A DNA stretch of 64,000 nucleotides, taken from positions 1,612,001 through 1,676,000 of the forward strand of contig AP026123.1 in the NCBI GenBank assembly GCA_030295235.1, written 5' to 3'. The stretch's first letter is position 1. Every line of letters starts with the position of its first letter. This document shows positions 1-10,022 of this stretch, piece after piece. Both the position numbers and the translations under genes were made by a program. Under the pieces are notes generated by a model, which was not told the DNA's origin, made no database searches, and saw nothing but the letters and a program-made list of their open reading frames with translations. Origin of the DNA: Fistulifera solaris. Taxonomy: Eukaryota.

Positions 1-59
1 ACCATATTAGTTGCGGATCATCGTCGTCGTTAATCTTACGATAAGAAATCAAGTCGCAA

Positions 60-1001
60 TCAGCCGATAATTGCACATAATGTGACCCGCGGCGCATCGT
101 ACTCCCCCCTTACCAAACTGACATCTGGCCACAAAGAGGAAGGGTCCATAAACTGAGGAATATAGCCCGACTCGTTTTCGGTCCTTGAGCTATCACCTTC
201 AAGTGCAAATACATCTTCTTGTAACACAACAGGTGCAATATGCAGCGGCTGATATATGAATCCACCCGTGTAGAAATCTTGCTGCCGTACGTAATCCTGG
301 GCAACGGTATGCATGAAACCTAGACTCTCATCAAAATAACTCGCTGTTTCGATTTTCCGTAAGATTCGTTGACCGTACTGGTCCATGAGAAATTCTTCCT
401 CTTCGGCAAAACGATCGGGTGAACGACTCCCCTTCTTGAAATGATTGTGTACCAAACGCATCGTTAAGATAGCTTGGTTGATAGTACGATTCACTTCTAG
501 CGTAACCGCTCGAATAAAAATCACTAAAAAAGTCTTGAAAAATGGCCCAAGGATCAATCGGCTCATGAAAGGGTGCCACGCCGTGTCCTCTGCACTGTCA
601 GCAGACGGCGTACGCGAGAAGTCGTTGTGCGTTTGTTGATCGCGTTGTCGCAAATAGTTGTCATATTCTTGCTTTTCCTTCGAAAGGACTTGATATGCTT
701 CCGCAACACGCGCAAATCGATCATTGCCTTCCTGAGTCGTTGTCGTGTTGTCTCCCACCAGTTTATCCGGATGCCATTGCTGTGCTTGCTTTCGATACGC
801 TTTCTTGATCTCTTTTTCATTGTATTCGACATTTCGGTCGAGTCCTAGTATCTTGTAGTGATCCCAGTGCTCCCATTCGTATGTGTCATTCACTGCGGTA
901 GAAGCGAACACATGGCTCAGGGGTAAGAAACGATACGGTGCAAACGTCTGCAGAATAAACCAACAGCCGATCAGAAACAGCCGTGACCACCCCGACTTCA
1001 T
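60..1001 (-). CDS. Secretory-pathway DnaJ/Hsp40 J-domain protein (frameshifted; 3' end uncertain, may run off the window)
   Basis: Hydrophobic N-terminus, then J-domain DHYKILGL...EIKKAYRKQAQQWHPDK...F..VAEAYQVLS with the HPD motif. The alternative frame 331-579 (DPWAIFQDFF) looks like the true post-J segment, implying frameshifts near 578 and 430. Confidence 0.85.
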   Translation of the reverse strand: MKSGWSRLFLIGCWFILQTFAPYRFLPLSHVFASTAVNDTYEWEHWDHYKILGLDRNVEYNEKEIKKAYRKQAQQWHPDKLVGDNTTTTQEGNDRFARVAEAYQVLSKEKQEYDNYLRQRDQQTHNDFSRTPSADSAEDTAWHPFMSRLILGPFFKTFLVIFIRAVTLEVNRTINQAILTMRLVHNHFKKGSRSPDRFAEEEEFLMDQYGQRILRKIETASYFDESLGFMHTVAQDYVRQQDFYTGGFIYQPLHIAPVVLQEDVFALEGDSSRTENESGYIPQFMDPSSLWPDVSLVRGEYDAPRVTLCAIIG

Positions 1002-1132
1002 TCCAATGCATAAAAGACGATCACCACAAAGAGCCGAAGATGCTTCGTATCATTCGTTTTAATAATTTATTTTGTAGTTATAAGTTTCTAATTATAACGC
1101 GGCGTGACAAAAATGAATAAGCGAGCGACGAA

Positions 1133-1762
1133 GTGTTTCGAGTCACACAGAAAATCTGTGGATGTTCGAGAAAATCTGAAATACCCGGTACCGTGTTTTG
1201 CGTCACATCGAAATTTTGTGGACGTTCCAGAAATTCTGGAATAAGAGTTTCGCGTGACACAGAAAATCTGTGGAAGTTCCAGAAAATCTGGAATCGGTGT
1301 TTTGCGTCACACCGAGATTTTTGGTCGTTCCAGAAATTCTGGAATTGGTGTTTCGCGTCAAACAGAAAATCTGTAGAAGTTCCAGAAAATCTGGAATCGG
1401 TGTTTTGCGTCACAAAGAGATTTTGTGGACCTTCCAGAAATTCTGGAATCGGTGTTTTGGGTCACACAGAAAATCTGTGGAAGTTCCAGAAAATCTGGAA
1501 TCGGTGTTTTGCGTCACAAGGAGATTTTGTGGATGTTCCAGAAATTCTGGAACCGTTTTTTTGGGTCACACAGAAAATACGTATTGTGCCAGAAAATCTG
1601 GAATCGGTGTTTTGCGTCACAAAGAGATTTTGTGGATGTTCCAGAAATTCTGGAATTGTTGTTTTGCGTCACACAGAGATTTTTGTGGACGTTCCAGTAA
1701 TTCTGAAATCGGTGTTTGGGTCATGCAGAAAATCTGTGGCTGTTCCAGAAGTTCTGGATCTG
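1133..1762. repeat. Tandem minisatellite, ~52-bp unit, ~12 copies, A/B alternation giving a ~104-bp higher-order repeat
   Basis: The GTTCCAGAA anchor (slightly degenerate in some units) recurs at 1164, 1224, 1276, 1327, 1379, 1431, 1483, 1535, 1586, 1638, 1691 and 1742. Unit is approximately GTTCCAGAAA(A/T)TCTGGAATCGGTGTTTTGCGTCAC(AAAGAGATTT/ACAGAAAATC)TGTGGA. Confidence 0.97.
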
Positions 1763-1765
1763 TTG

Positions 1766-2503
1766 TTTTTACTCTAGGCCAAAGTGTAGTCGCCTGTCAA
1801 CTTTTCCACGACTGCATTTCAGTCCTGAACCAAGCTTTATCGAGCCCCGCTGCTACCCACCCTGCGATTGTTTCTTAATGTTGTTGAATAACATTACTTT
1901 TTTAAAATGGGTTTCATTACAGTATTCAACTTTTAGCATCATTCTGCTATACACACAGATTTTTTTACGTCGAAAGCTTGGGGATCGTTGCCTTCCTTCT
2001 TCACTATATACCAGAGTGTATACTACGTTTCTTCATGAGTCGTCGGTTGTGGAGCCTGCTATGACTTCGGATGTCAGAGCGGTTTCTCCCAACTTCTATT
2101 CTTTTATGTTTCACGTCACGCATTCTATCTTCAAGTTAGCGACGTCCTTCCTCTACATGATCCTGCCTATGGTCGTGTCCTGTGGAGGTACAGAAGCTAA
2201 ATCACATCTTCATTCTATACTCAAAAGGCATATTGTTATTCCATCTGCCACACCAGTGCAGCCATCTGTTCGAATCTTTGGCGAAGCTGGTCGTGGTCTC
2301 AAATTCGCTTCCTCTCATGATGCACGCAGCGTAACACTCACAATTAATTGATCGTTTTTGCCTAATTCGTTCAGTTGTCCGTATCTACACGTATCAATAG
2401 ACTTGGCAGCTTTTGGTGCGGTGTTAGATCTATAAAAGTTATCTCTACCGTTACGACGTTAGAACCCTTCGAAATTGACTTCATGACTGCATTTCAGTCA
2501 TGA
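1766..2503 (+). repeat. Array of 3-4 copies of the dispersed bipartite hairpin element (~210-235 bp period)
   Basis: 1766-1828 TTTTTACTCTAGgccAAAGTGT...CCACGACTGCATTTCAGTCCTGA; 1999-2052 degenerate copy; about 2211-2265 very degenerate copy; 2481-2503 perfect TCATGACTG-CATTT-CAGTCATGA. Confidence 0.75.
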
Positions 2504-2747
2504 GTTAAAATTCTGCTGCGCAATAAAAAATGACGCGACGATAACGTACATCTTGTTGCCATGAAACAGGAGTGTAATAACGAATGAGTGCAAGAGTTCA
2601 TAAGCTTCTTTATTCTACGTTAAAGAACGAGTCAAAGATTGAGCAGCATTAAATTTAAATTAGTACAATTTACACTGCAGAATTCCATCATGCTCGTGCT
2701 GACGAGGACGACCAAGCGAGTCGTCAGTACTCAACTGTCATCATGTC

Positions 2748-4818
2748 TCACCAGATGAGGTAGGCAAGAAGCAAACCAACAATCAGACTAATCACAAACA
2801 AGACTCCTAATAGAGGATAGGATGCGCCGCTCGTTGCTTCGCAATTGGGCGTAGTCACCGATGCAAGGCGACTGACAGAAAGGACCGGTCCAGTCGGGAG
2901 GGCATTTGCACTTGCCATCAACACAAGAGCTAGCCCGAATAGGCCCGCGGCCTTCAACAGATTCTTCCCAGTTAATTTCGGTTCCCTGATCAGGACTGGG
3001 ATCGACGGAGAAAAAGTTTCCGCAGTCGAAATTAGTGGAACATTTACCGCCTCCATGTTGCACGACAACCAATGGTTCCTTCTTGATGTACGAATTGAAC
3101 GTGTACTTCTCCCAGTTATCTTGGATGTATTGCTTGGTGGGATATTCCGGCGGGTCACATCCTACAGTGTGCAGCGGGTCCGACTTGTCTTGATAAACGC
3201 GAACGTAATCGATCTCAAATTTTGCAGGTCGACGAGGGTCGATGTCTTTGCAAAGATCTGCCAGCCAGCCTGTACTTTCAGGGCATCGCAAACAGTTCGG
3301 GTTTCCACAGTCGAGACAGGTGAGCTGTCCCTCGGGCGAGCACATGCCGTACGCCGACAAGCAAGGGTCATCTGGTCGACAGCCGTTCCATCCCCACCTA
3401 TGTATCGATACAAAACGGTGCTGTGAGAGGAGTGCGAGAATGAATCAATACTACTGACGTTCGCATTAGTAGTTCGTACCTTGTCGAAACGTCTGTATTC
3501 AAGACTGTTCGAAGTCATTTGAAGCGTGAGAAGGATCAGGCATTACTGTAGCAAGAATGCACGATTTACGAACTTACTTAAGTACATTGCTTCAAAGGGA
3601 ATCACGGGAAAGGCATCTGGCGAACCAGGACGATTCTTGAGCATGTCTGCTGTGATGTCATAGATCAACTTGTCTCCATTGTAAAAACGAACGTAGCCAT
3701 CATCGCTACCTGTTTGCCATTCTGTCCGAATGATATTGTGGTGCTCTTCATAAAAACGCTCGTCGTGGTTCCAATTGGCCGATAAACCATCTTGCCAAAC
3801 TTCGGGAATTTTGTGAATAACCTGGCCGTACCAGTAATTGTTGATCATTCGGGGGTTGGTATCGGTCAAATTGTTGATTCCTTCGCCTGCATAAGCCCGT
3901 CCGCCCATGGGATAGAGGTCAGGGTACCATTCTCCTTTCAACGGCATGTTCGGAGTGAAGGGTCGGATGTAAGAAGCGATTCCGGGCGAAACTTGCAGAG
4001 AAGAGGAAATCAGAGGACGATTGAGGCTATACTCGCGCGTTGTTTTGTCAACAAAAGCCACTTTCTTGTACTCCAGAATAAAATCTCCAGGCTGCGCTTC
4101 GATGATATCGATTTCAGGACTTCCGCGTCCTTTTCCGTCGCGACAATTGGAGATTCGTTGAGCCGCATCCGCTTCCATAGCTTCCGCGGAAGTTCCGCAC
4201 TGATCGTAGCTCCACGGCCAAATTCCTGCTGTACTTTCCATGTAGCTGGGACGAGCAAGATTTCCAAGCATCTAAAAGCACATGCTGTCAGTTACAGTAA
4301 TTTCAAATACAGACATGTGTCTTCTCAGAGCATACGTACCCAGAATGCCGGCCACAATCCACCTCGCAATGCCTTTCCAGGCAATTTGAACGAAATCTCA
4401 ATCATTCCGGACGTGTAAAGCAGAACTTGTTCCAAGTCGTGACCATCCCAGATGAATAAACCCGAGAGAAGGAGTATTCTTTCCCAGTGTTCGGGTCGTA
4501 CTCCTTCCAAGTCGCGTTTTGACGCGCCGTCTCGATGACAAGTTTCCCGTCGCGGGTCTTGACAAAGGAGCTGTTGTAGTACTGTATGGCGGCGTTGGGG
4601 ATACCAGGGCGATCCTCTGCTGTCCAGCGCGTATCGTGACCGTCCACGAATGATCGTTTCTCGTCTTCGAACTCATCGGAAAAGACCAGATGGAGCTGTC
4701 GGTCACCCATGCCTTTCACCGTGTGCGCTTCCACGGGAGTGCTGGCGTCGATCCATCGGCTGGCGCGTGCCGAGCTGACCAGCAATAATAGTATGAGAAC
4801 AACTTTTGAGTTTGTCAT
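2748..4818 (-). CDS. KRE6/SKN1-like GH16 beta-glucan transglycosylase with signal peptide, C-terminal EGF-like Cys cluster and TM anchor (3 exons, frameshifts)
   Basis: Motifs LVFSDEF, GLWPAFW|MLGNLAR, WPWSYDQC, catalytic RGSPEIDIIE, FEIDYVRVYQ and GCDPPEYPT. Introns at about 4273-4339 and 3422-3578. Confidence 0.9.
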
Positions 4819-5046
4819 CGTCGTAAACAATAAAGAGGTTTCACTTTCAACAATCGATGAAAAGAAAATGAGACGATCGCTTTTGGAAACGAACACGTTC
4901 CCGTTTGCGCGCGCGACGGTCGGGACGGTCCGACGTGTTGTTTTCCTAACTACTTGTTCATTTCTTAGAAGAAAAGGACCGTTGGACGTTACTCCAACGT
5001 TATCGTATCCCGTGTGGATGACGCATCACCCGATTTGTGACTGTAT

Positions 5047-5077
5047 TACGTCATGATTGTGACGTAGGAGTGACGTA
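5047..5077. promoter_or_regulatory. Three TGACGT (bZIP/aureochrome-type) boxes in a divergent promoter
   Basis: TACGTCA at 5047-5053, TGACGTA at 5060-5066 and TGACGTA at 5071-5077, between the GH16 start (4818) and the thioredoxin-like start (5230). Confidence 0.4.
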
Positions 5078-5229
5078 TTTCTTACAAAACGCTTTTCAGT
5101 TTTGATCTGCATCGGAGGCGAAAGGCCTTTGAAGTTGAAAGCATTGCAGCTTGCAGCACATTAGTTGCTGAGTTTTTAGTCCAGGTCCCATTGCATTCAG
5201 CTCTTACAAACGCTTTAAGCGGCATCACC

Positions 5230-5901
5230 ATGTCAGAACCCAGCGAAGAGAAAACGGAGATGGAGCTGCTGATCGGCGACACCCTTTTGACACCCACTAA
5301 CAAGGCCAAGGCTAAGAAAGGTCTGTTTCCCTCCAAAGCGACGAAAGAACTCATGGCTGAAAAAGATTTTGTGCTTTTGTACTTCTCAGCTAGCTACAAT
5401 GCTCCTTGTCAAGCGTTCACGCCGACGCTGATCGATTTTTATAAGAATTACAACAAGTCCGGCCGCTTCGAAGTCGTCTTGGTTTCAGCGGATACATCGG
5501 ATGATGCTTTCAATGAATATTACGGAAAAATGCCATGGCTGGCTATGCAAGATAAAGAGATGATAAAGTCTCTCATAAAAAAGTTACGAATACAAGAATT
5601 TCCAAAGTTGGCCATTGTGCAAAACCAGACAGGATTTTTTCTCACGCTCAACGGTCAGAAACAGTTCGACGAACTCGAGAAACCAGGCGATGCATCGAAG
5701 TTAACAGATATGTGGAAAGGAATGAAAGCAAAACCGCTAGACCGAGATGCAGGGGAGCAAGTTCAGATGACTTTTGTGCAAATGGTGAAAGATACTTTAC
5801 GAAACGGCTTCATTTTTTTCATCCTCTTGACCTTGTACACTTATGTGCTACCTCTTATCAAGAAAACGTTACAAGGCATGGGAGGCAAAAGTGAACTTTA
5901 G
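5230..5901 (+). CDS. Nucleoredoxin/tryparedoxin-like thioredoxin-fold protein with atypical active site and C-terminal TM helix
   Basis: LLYFSASYNAPCQAFTPTLIDFY...FEVVLVSAD...FNEYYGKMPWLA is the nucleoredoxin signature. C-terminal hydrophobic stretch GFIFFILLTLYTYVLPLI. Confidence 0.85.
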   Translation: MSEPSEEKTEMELLIGDTLLTPTNKAKAKKGLFPSKATKELMAEKDFVLLYFSASYNAPCQAFTPTLIDFYKNYNKSGRFEVVLVSADTSDDAFNEYYGKMPWLAMQDKEMIKSLIKKLRIQEFPKLAIVQNQTGFFLTLNGQKQFDELEKPGDASKLTDMWKGMKAKPLDRDAGEQVQMTFVQMVKDTLRNGFIFFILLTLYTYVLPLIKKTLQGMGGKSEL

Positions 5902-5976
5902 TAGCCGAAACACAGCACTATTTTATGCTTATGAAGTTCTTGAAAGTAGAAACGCCATTTCTGTAGGATGTCCTGA

Positions 5977-7421
5977 CTAGTGTGGACCACATCGAGCTTG
6001 GGGAGTTCCGTATCCGTATGGTGGAAGGGAAGGAGCAACCCTGCGACTTGGAACACTCATGCCCCAAGGAGCCGACGAACGGCGCGGACGCTGCTGCGAC
6101 GGAGTCTGAAAGTGTCCGGATGGATGATAGACGTGCTCGCTGGGATATTGCGGTTGTGGTGTACTGACGCCCCGATATGCGAAATTGGGAGGTGCCATCC
6201 AAGGAGTTTGCGGTAGAAAGGAATGAAGCACTGGTGGATGCCCATACGGTGCCACGCTGCCCTGGAATGGCGGCGGTTGCATCTGAGTCGCGTGTGGCTG
6301 CGGATACCGACTTCTAGGATATGGCGTTTGGTAAGGCGGATGTTGATAAGCCGGTCGATCATATCGATGAGGAGTCTGAGACGGTGGGAGAAAAGCCATC
6401 GAAGGCATGGGGTCGTTTCCTGTGATCTTTGATGGTTGCATTGCTGTCGCGTAGTCACGTTGTTGTATGCCTACTGCATGTGCAGCGGGATTTTGCGGGG
6501 ACACGGCATTTGCAGGAAACTCCTGGATCTCCATCGCACTATCCTGATGCTGGTCGAACATGAATTGTGAATTTGTGTCGAAGGGCACTCCCGCACAGTC
6601 CGATTCATTCACAGGAATACCAGCAAAGAAGCTTTGAAGACGGAGAAGCACACTCTTGTCCACCGGTATGTTGGCCATGGTATCGTGATCCATGGTCGCC
6701 AGTGCCCCGATGCTTTTCACAGACATGAAAATAAGCCTGATATCATCAGGAGAAATATCCATGAATTTTGCCCACTCCATGACAGCATTGCCAATGTGAT
6801 CCGATAGGACGTTGGGTTCCGGTAGTTGAGGAAGGAGACAGAGATGCTGTTTCTGCTTACGGTGAAAGTATTCCTGGCGCAATTTCGTCTTCTCGGGTCG
6901 CATTGCATCGACCATTTGCATCAGATAGAACACCGCAGCACAGGTATCGTTGACCATCATCATGCGAGGCGGATTCTTATTCTGTTCGTTTTTCGAATCG
7001 TGCCACGTATCAAGCAAGTCGAAAGCTCTTCGAACAAAGGAGCTGCGGTCTGCCATCACCATTTGCTGTGTCGCGAAAGGCATGACGAAGAAGACCACTA
7101 TGGTTTGAAAATGCTCCAGAAAATCCGGAAGACCGTCCAAATCATCTTCCTTGATGCCGTCGAGGTCATGCGGATAGTATGCTCGTACCGCCAAGCTTGT
7201 TCCGCACGGTAAAATGATGTGAGCCCCAGAGAGTCGTGTGTGCACCCGCATCTTCTCACAGTAGTCTCGCAACTGAATCTCAAGTTCTGTAATAGAAAGA
7301 GGATTAACTTACTATTACAGCGTTCTCTGACAAACCAAACAAGTTTTTGACTCACCGGACGGCCTTGTAGTGTTCGAGCGAGCCACCATGATTGTTTGAA
7401 ACCGCTTTGCGGTGGTGTCAT
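5977..7421 (-). CDS. XPF/ERCC1-family non-catalytic subunit-like protein (SPO16/PTD/FAAP24-like) with HhH region and P/Q/Y-rich tail
   Basis: Short exon 1 (MTPPQ...VSQKL), intron at about 7273-7340, then a 431-aa ORF containing HIILPCGTSLAV, PRMMMVNDTCAAVFYLMQMV and the HhH-like DIRLIFMSVKSIGALATMD...LLRLQSFF. The gene itself is solid; the family call is from remembered similarity. Confidence 0.6.
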
Positions 7422-7673
7422 TGTAACAGCCGTCGCACCTTGATTTGTAGCGTTGATACTATTCATTAAAAATTTGCGAAACGGTTTCAATCTACAACAA
7501 GGATATTCGACGCACCAGTTGAGTCAAATAATAAATGAATTTCCGTAGGAAGTGAACGATTGCATAGCCTTCAAAATGTTAAACCTTGCAATGAACGCAA
7601 TGATCAAACGGGAAAAAGTCGTCGGATGCATTTTTTCTGCAGAAGAATCTTTGTGTTGTGTCACGAGTCGTCG

Positions 7674-7935
7674 TCACGAGCGAAAGCCAGTCATGGCAAC
7701 ATAAAACCTACATTTTGTAATTATAGTGAAATTTTGAGCTACCGATCAAAGCGAATTCTTGACGTAAACAAAGAAGCGGGGAAATGAGAAAGTTGCTGAA
7801 ATACTCCTTATTTCGTGAACAGGAAATACCCCGAGCAAGAGCATTGCGACGTGTATAACATCAGTTTGACAAATACGTTTTCATTTTATTTTATTCATCA
7901 TGGAAAAAACGAAAAACACTTTGGACCATAGTAGT
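7674..7935 (-). repeat. Two copies of the dispersed bipartite hairpin element (~205 bp apart)
   Basis: 7674-7731 TCACGAGCGAAAGCCAGTCATGG...ACATTTTGTAATTATAGTGAAA and 7895-7935 TCATCATGG...AACACTTTGGACCATAGTAGT. Confidence 0.6.
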
Positions 7936-8064
7936 AATTGCTGTCTCTGTTCCGCTTAAGGTTACTAGTAAGGTTGTGGCGTGCACATGAGCGCCGCGTA
8001 TAGCCCTAATACAACAGCTTACGAGGACCCGAGCGTTTTATACCTGGTATATAAGCTGGTAAGT

Positions 8065-8087
8065 TTACCAGTACCAGGTACTGGTAA
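8065..8087. promoter_or_regulatory. Perfect 11-bp inverted repeat built from TACCAGTA/TACCNGGTA motifs, ~70 bp upstream of the ATG at 8155
   Basis: TTACCAGTACC-A-GGTACTGGTAA, with a further TACCTGGTA at 8041-8049. Confidence 0.45.
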
Positions 8088-8154
8088 TTAGACCAGTTGC
8101 GGTCGTGCTGATCGAGAACAATAGCCATCAAATTACTCTCATAAGTATCTCAGA

Positions 8155-9849
8155 ATGGCGTCCTCTTATGATCCGAACGTCATTATTCAAGCCGCGGACG
8201 AAAAGCTAGTCAATGGCGATTTTGAAGGAGGGCAAATGATGTTTCAGTCCGCCTTGTTGACGTGGGTCGACGATGCTCGGGAAGGAGTCAATCAAGTTGA
8301 CCCGGAAACGATTCGAGAAGCTGTAGCATCCTTGTGGCTGGCTTATGCGGCATTCCTCACAAAAGCGAAACAATTTAAATCCGCCACAGAAGCATACGAG
8401 CAGGCGGTGGCGTGTCAAATCGCGGGGTCGGTCGGTCGCGTCTGGCTCGAGTATGCGCGCTTTGCGGAAGAAAGAGGGAAACTTAAAACGGCGCAAGATA
8501 TATACATAAGAGCATTGATAGGAGAAGGAGGAAAGCCGTCTTCGATTGTAGACGAACAGGATCAGAATCTTCTCTGGAATGAATTTCTGGAAATGATGAG
8601 AAAGTCGAATTCGGATCTTACTCTCCCTGCTTTGCAATCCGCCGTTTACGCTGAACAAAACGGGGTTCATGCAACTCTTGTAGCACCGGAACCTATTCCG
8701 TCATCGATTCCTTCATCGAACTTGGGACAGTCACGAAAGCGCACGAATGAGGCATTGCATACGGACGATTCGGAACTGCTGAATAATGCATCGTCATTGA
8801 CGCACGTTGTGACAGCAGAGTCCGTCGACATTGAGTCGAAGGCATTTGCCGAAGGACTTCAGCACCAGAGCTTACCACCTGACATAGCCGCCGCTTGGAT
8901 GGTGCGCGATGGTAACGGACCAGCTCTGCCACCGGAGCCACCACTTTTTGAGCCATCGCCACCGAAACTCGCAGACCCTGTAAGTCACATCAGTATCTAC
9001 GTAAGAAAGGTTTATATCTCATTCTAACTATCTCTCTTTCTATTTTAGACGGCAAAGGATATTCTTGGGGTTGATATGGCACTTCAGCTCGTCGAGCGAA
9101 TTTTGAGTCCTTCTGGATCAATCTTACTAGAGGTGTGTCGCGGTTTGTGGAGTATGCAGGCTCTACAGGAGAAAAAGTCAAACGAAGCTGTGGATGCACT
9201 CGATACTACGATGAAAGCTGAATTAGAAAAGCTGGAGGCGTCTCTTGAATCGCGTCTGACCGTTGCTAGTGGCGAAGCGGTTCTCGCCATGAATGCAAAT
9301 GCTCGTTCGGAGTTTCAAAACACATGCGGACAGCAGAGAACAGGTTTACTCACTGGTATAGCTTGGGAATTTCGAAACTTGCTTTACATTCAACAGCAAA
9401 TTCTCAGCAAAATGAAGGTTCCGGGATTCGAAGGCCCGACAGTAGATCCTAATACGATTGACCTGCAAGCAAAAGTTTGCTCGTATCTTCATTCCGCTTT
9501 CTTTTTACGAACACGAGTGGGGGAAGAGCCGCATGTTACTATGCTGAAAGGACACCTGAACGCTCTTCAAAAAGAAAAGGAAAGGCAACCATCAAATAGC
9601 CCTCTTCCACGATCGTTTGGAGGTCAGCAACCGCTCGCAGTGCCGCCTCCACAGAACAACTACAACTACATGATGCCGCAAATGCCATACCAGCAGCAAC
9701 AACAGCCGGGTATGATGATGATGCACCCTCCTGGCCAAATGAACATGTATAACAATCAAATGCAGGTGCCAATGCCCCCGCCACCACCAGGATACTACGG
9801 GAACCAGCAGCAGCAATATCCGCCGCCCCCGCCTCCTTACTATCGGTAG
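8155..9849 (+). CDS. HAT/TPR-repeat protein with P/Q/M/Y-rich low-complexity C-terminus (2 exons)
   Basis: HAT-like helices LWLAYAAFL, VWLEYARFAEERG..AQDIYIRAL and LLWNEFLEM. GT-AG intron at 8980-9048. Confidence 0.75.
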
Positions 9850-10022
9850 TTCCTGCTTGTGGGCTCCACGCTAAGTACATATTTTTCATGTTGTTAAACA
9901 TTCATTATTTATGGAGTACAATTAGACGATTTTTGAACCGCAGAACAAAGATGTTGTCGTCTGTCTTTCGTTCACCGTAGACAAACTATTCGCGCTTGCT
10001 CATCCGACGAAAGATACGTTAT

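Noticed and set aside
1133..1762. CRISPR array interpretation of the palindromic 52-bp repeat
   Set aside because: The sequence between palindromes is itself repeated (no unique spacers), there are no cas genes, and the context is eukaryotic.
1078..2351. ORFs of 91-214 aa over the minisatellite and hairpin array
   Set aside because: Several frames are open only because the repeat lacks stop codons. The translations are frame-shuffled repeats with no recognisable domain.
5395..5409. Selenocysteine at the redoxin active site
   Set aside because: The codon is AAT (Asn), not TGA.
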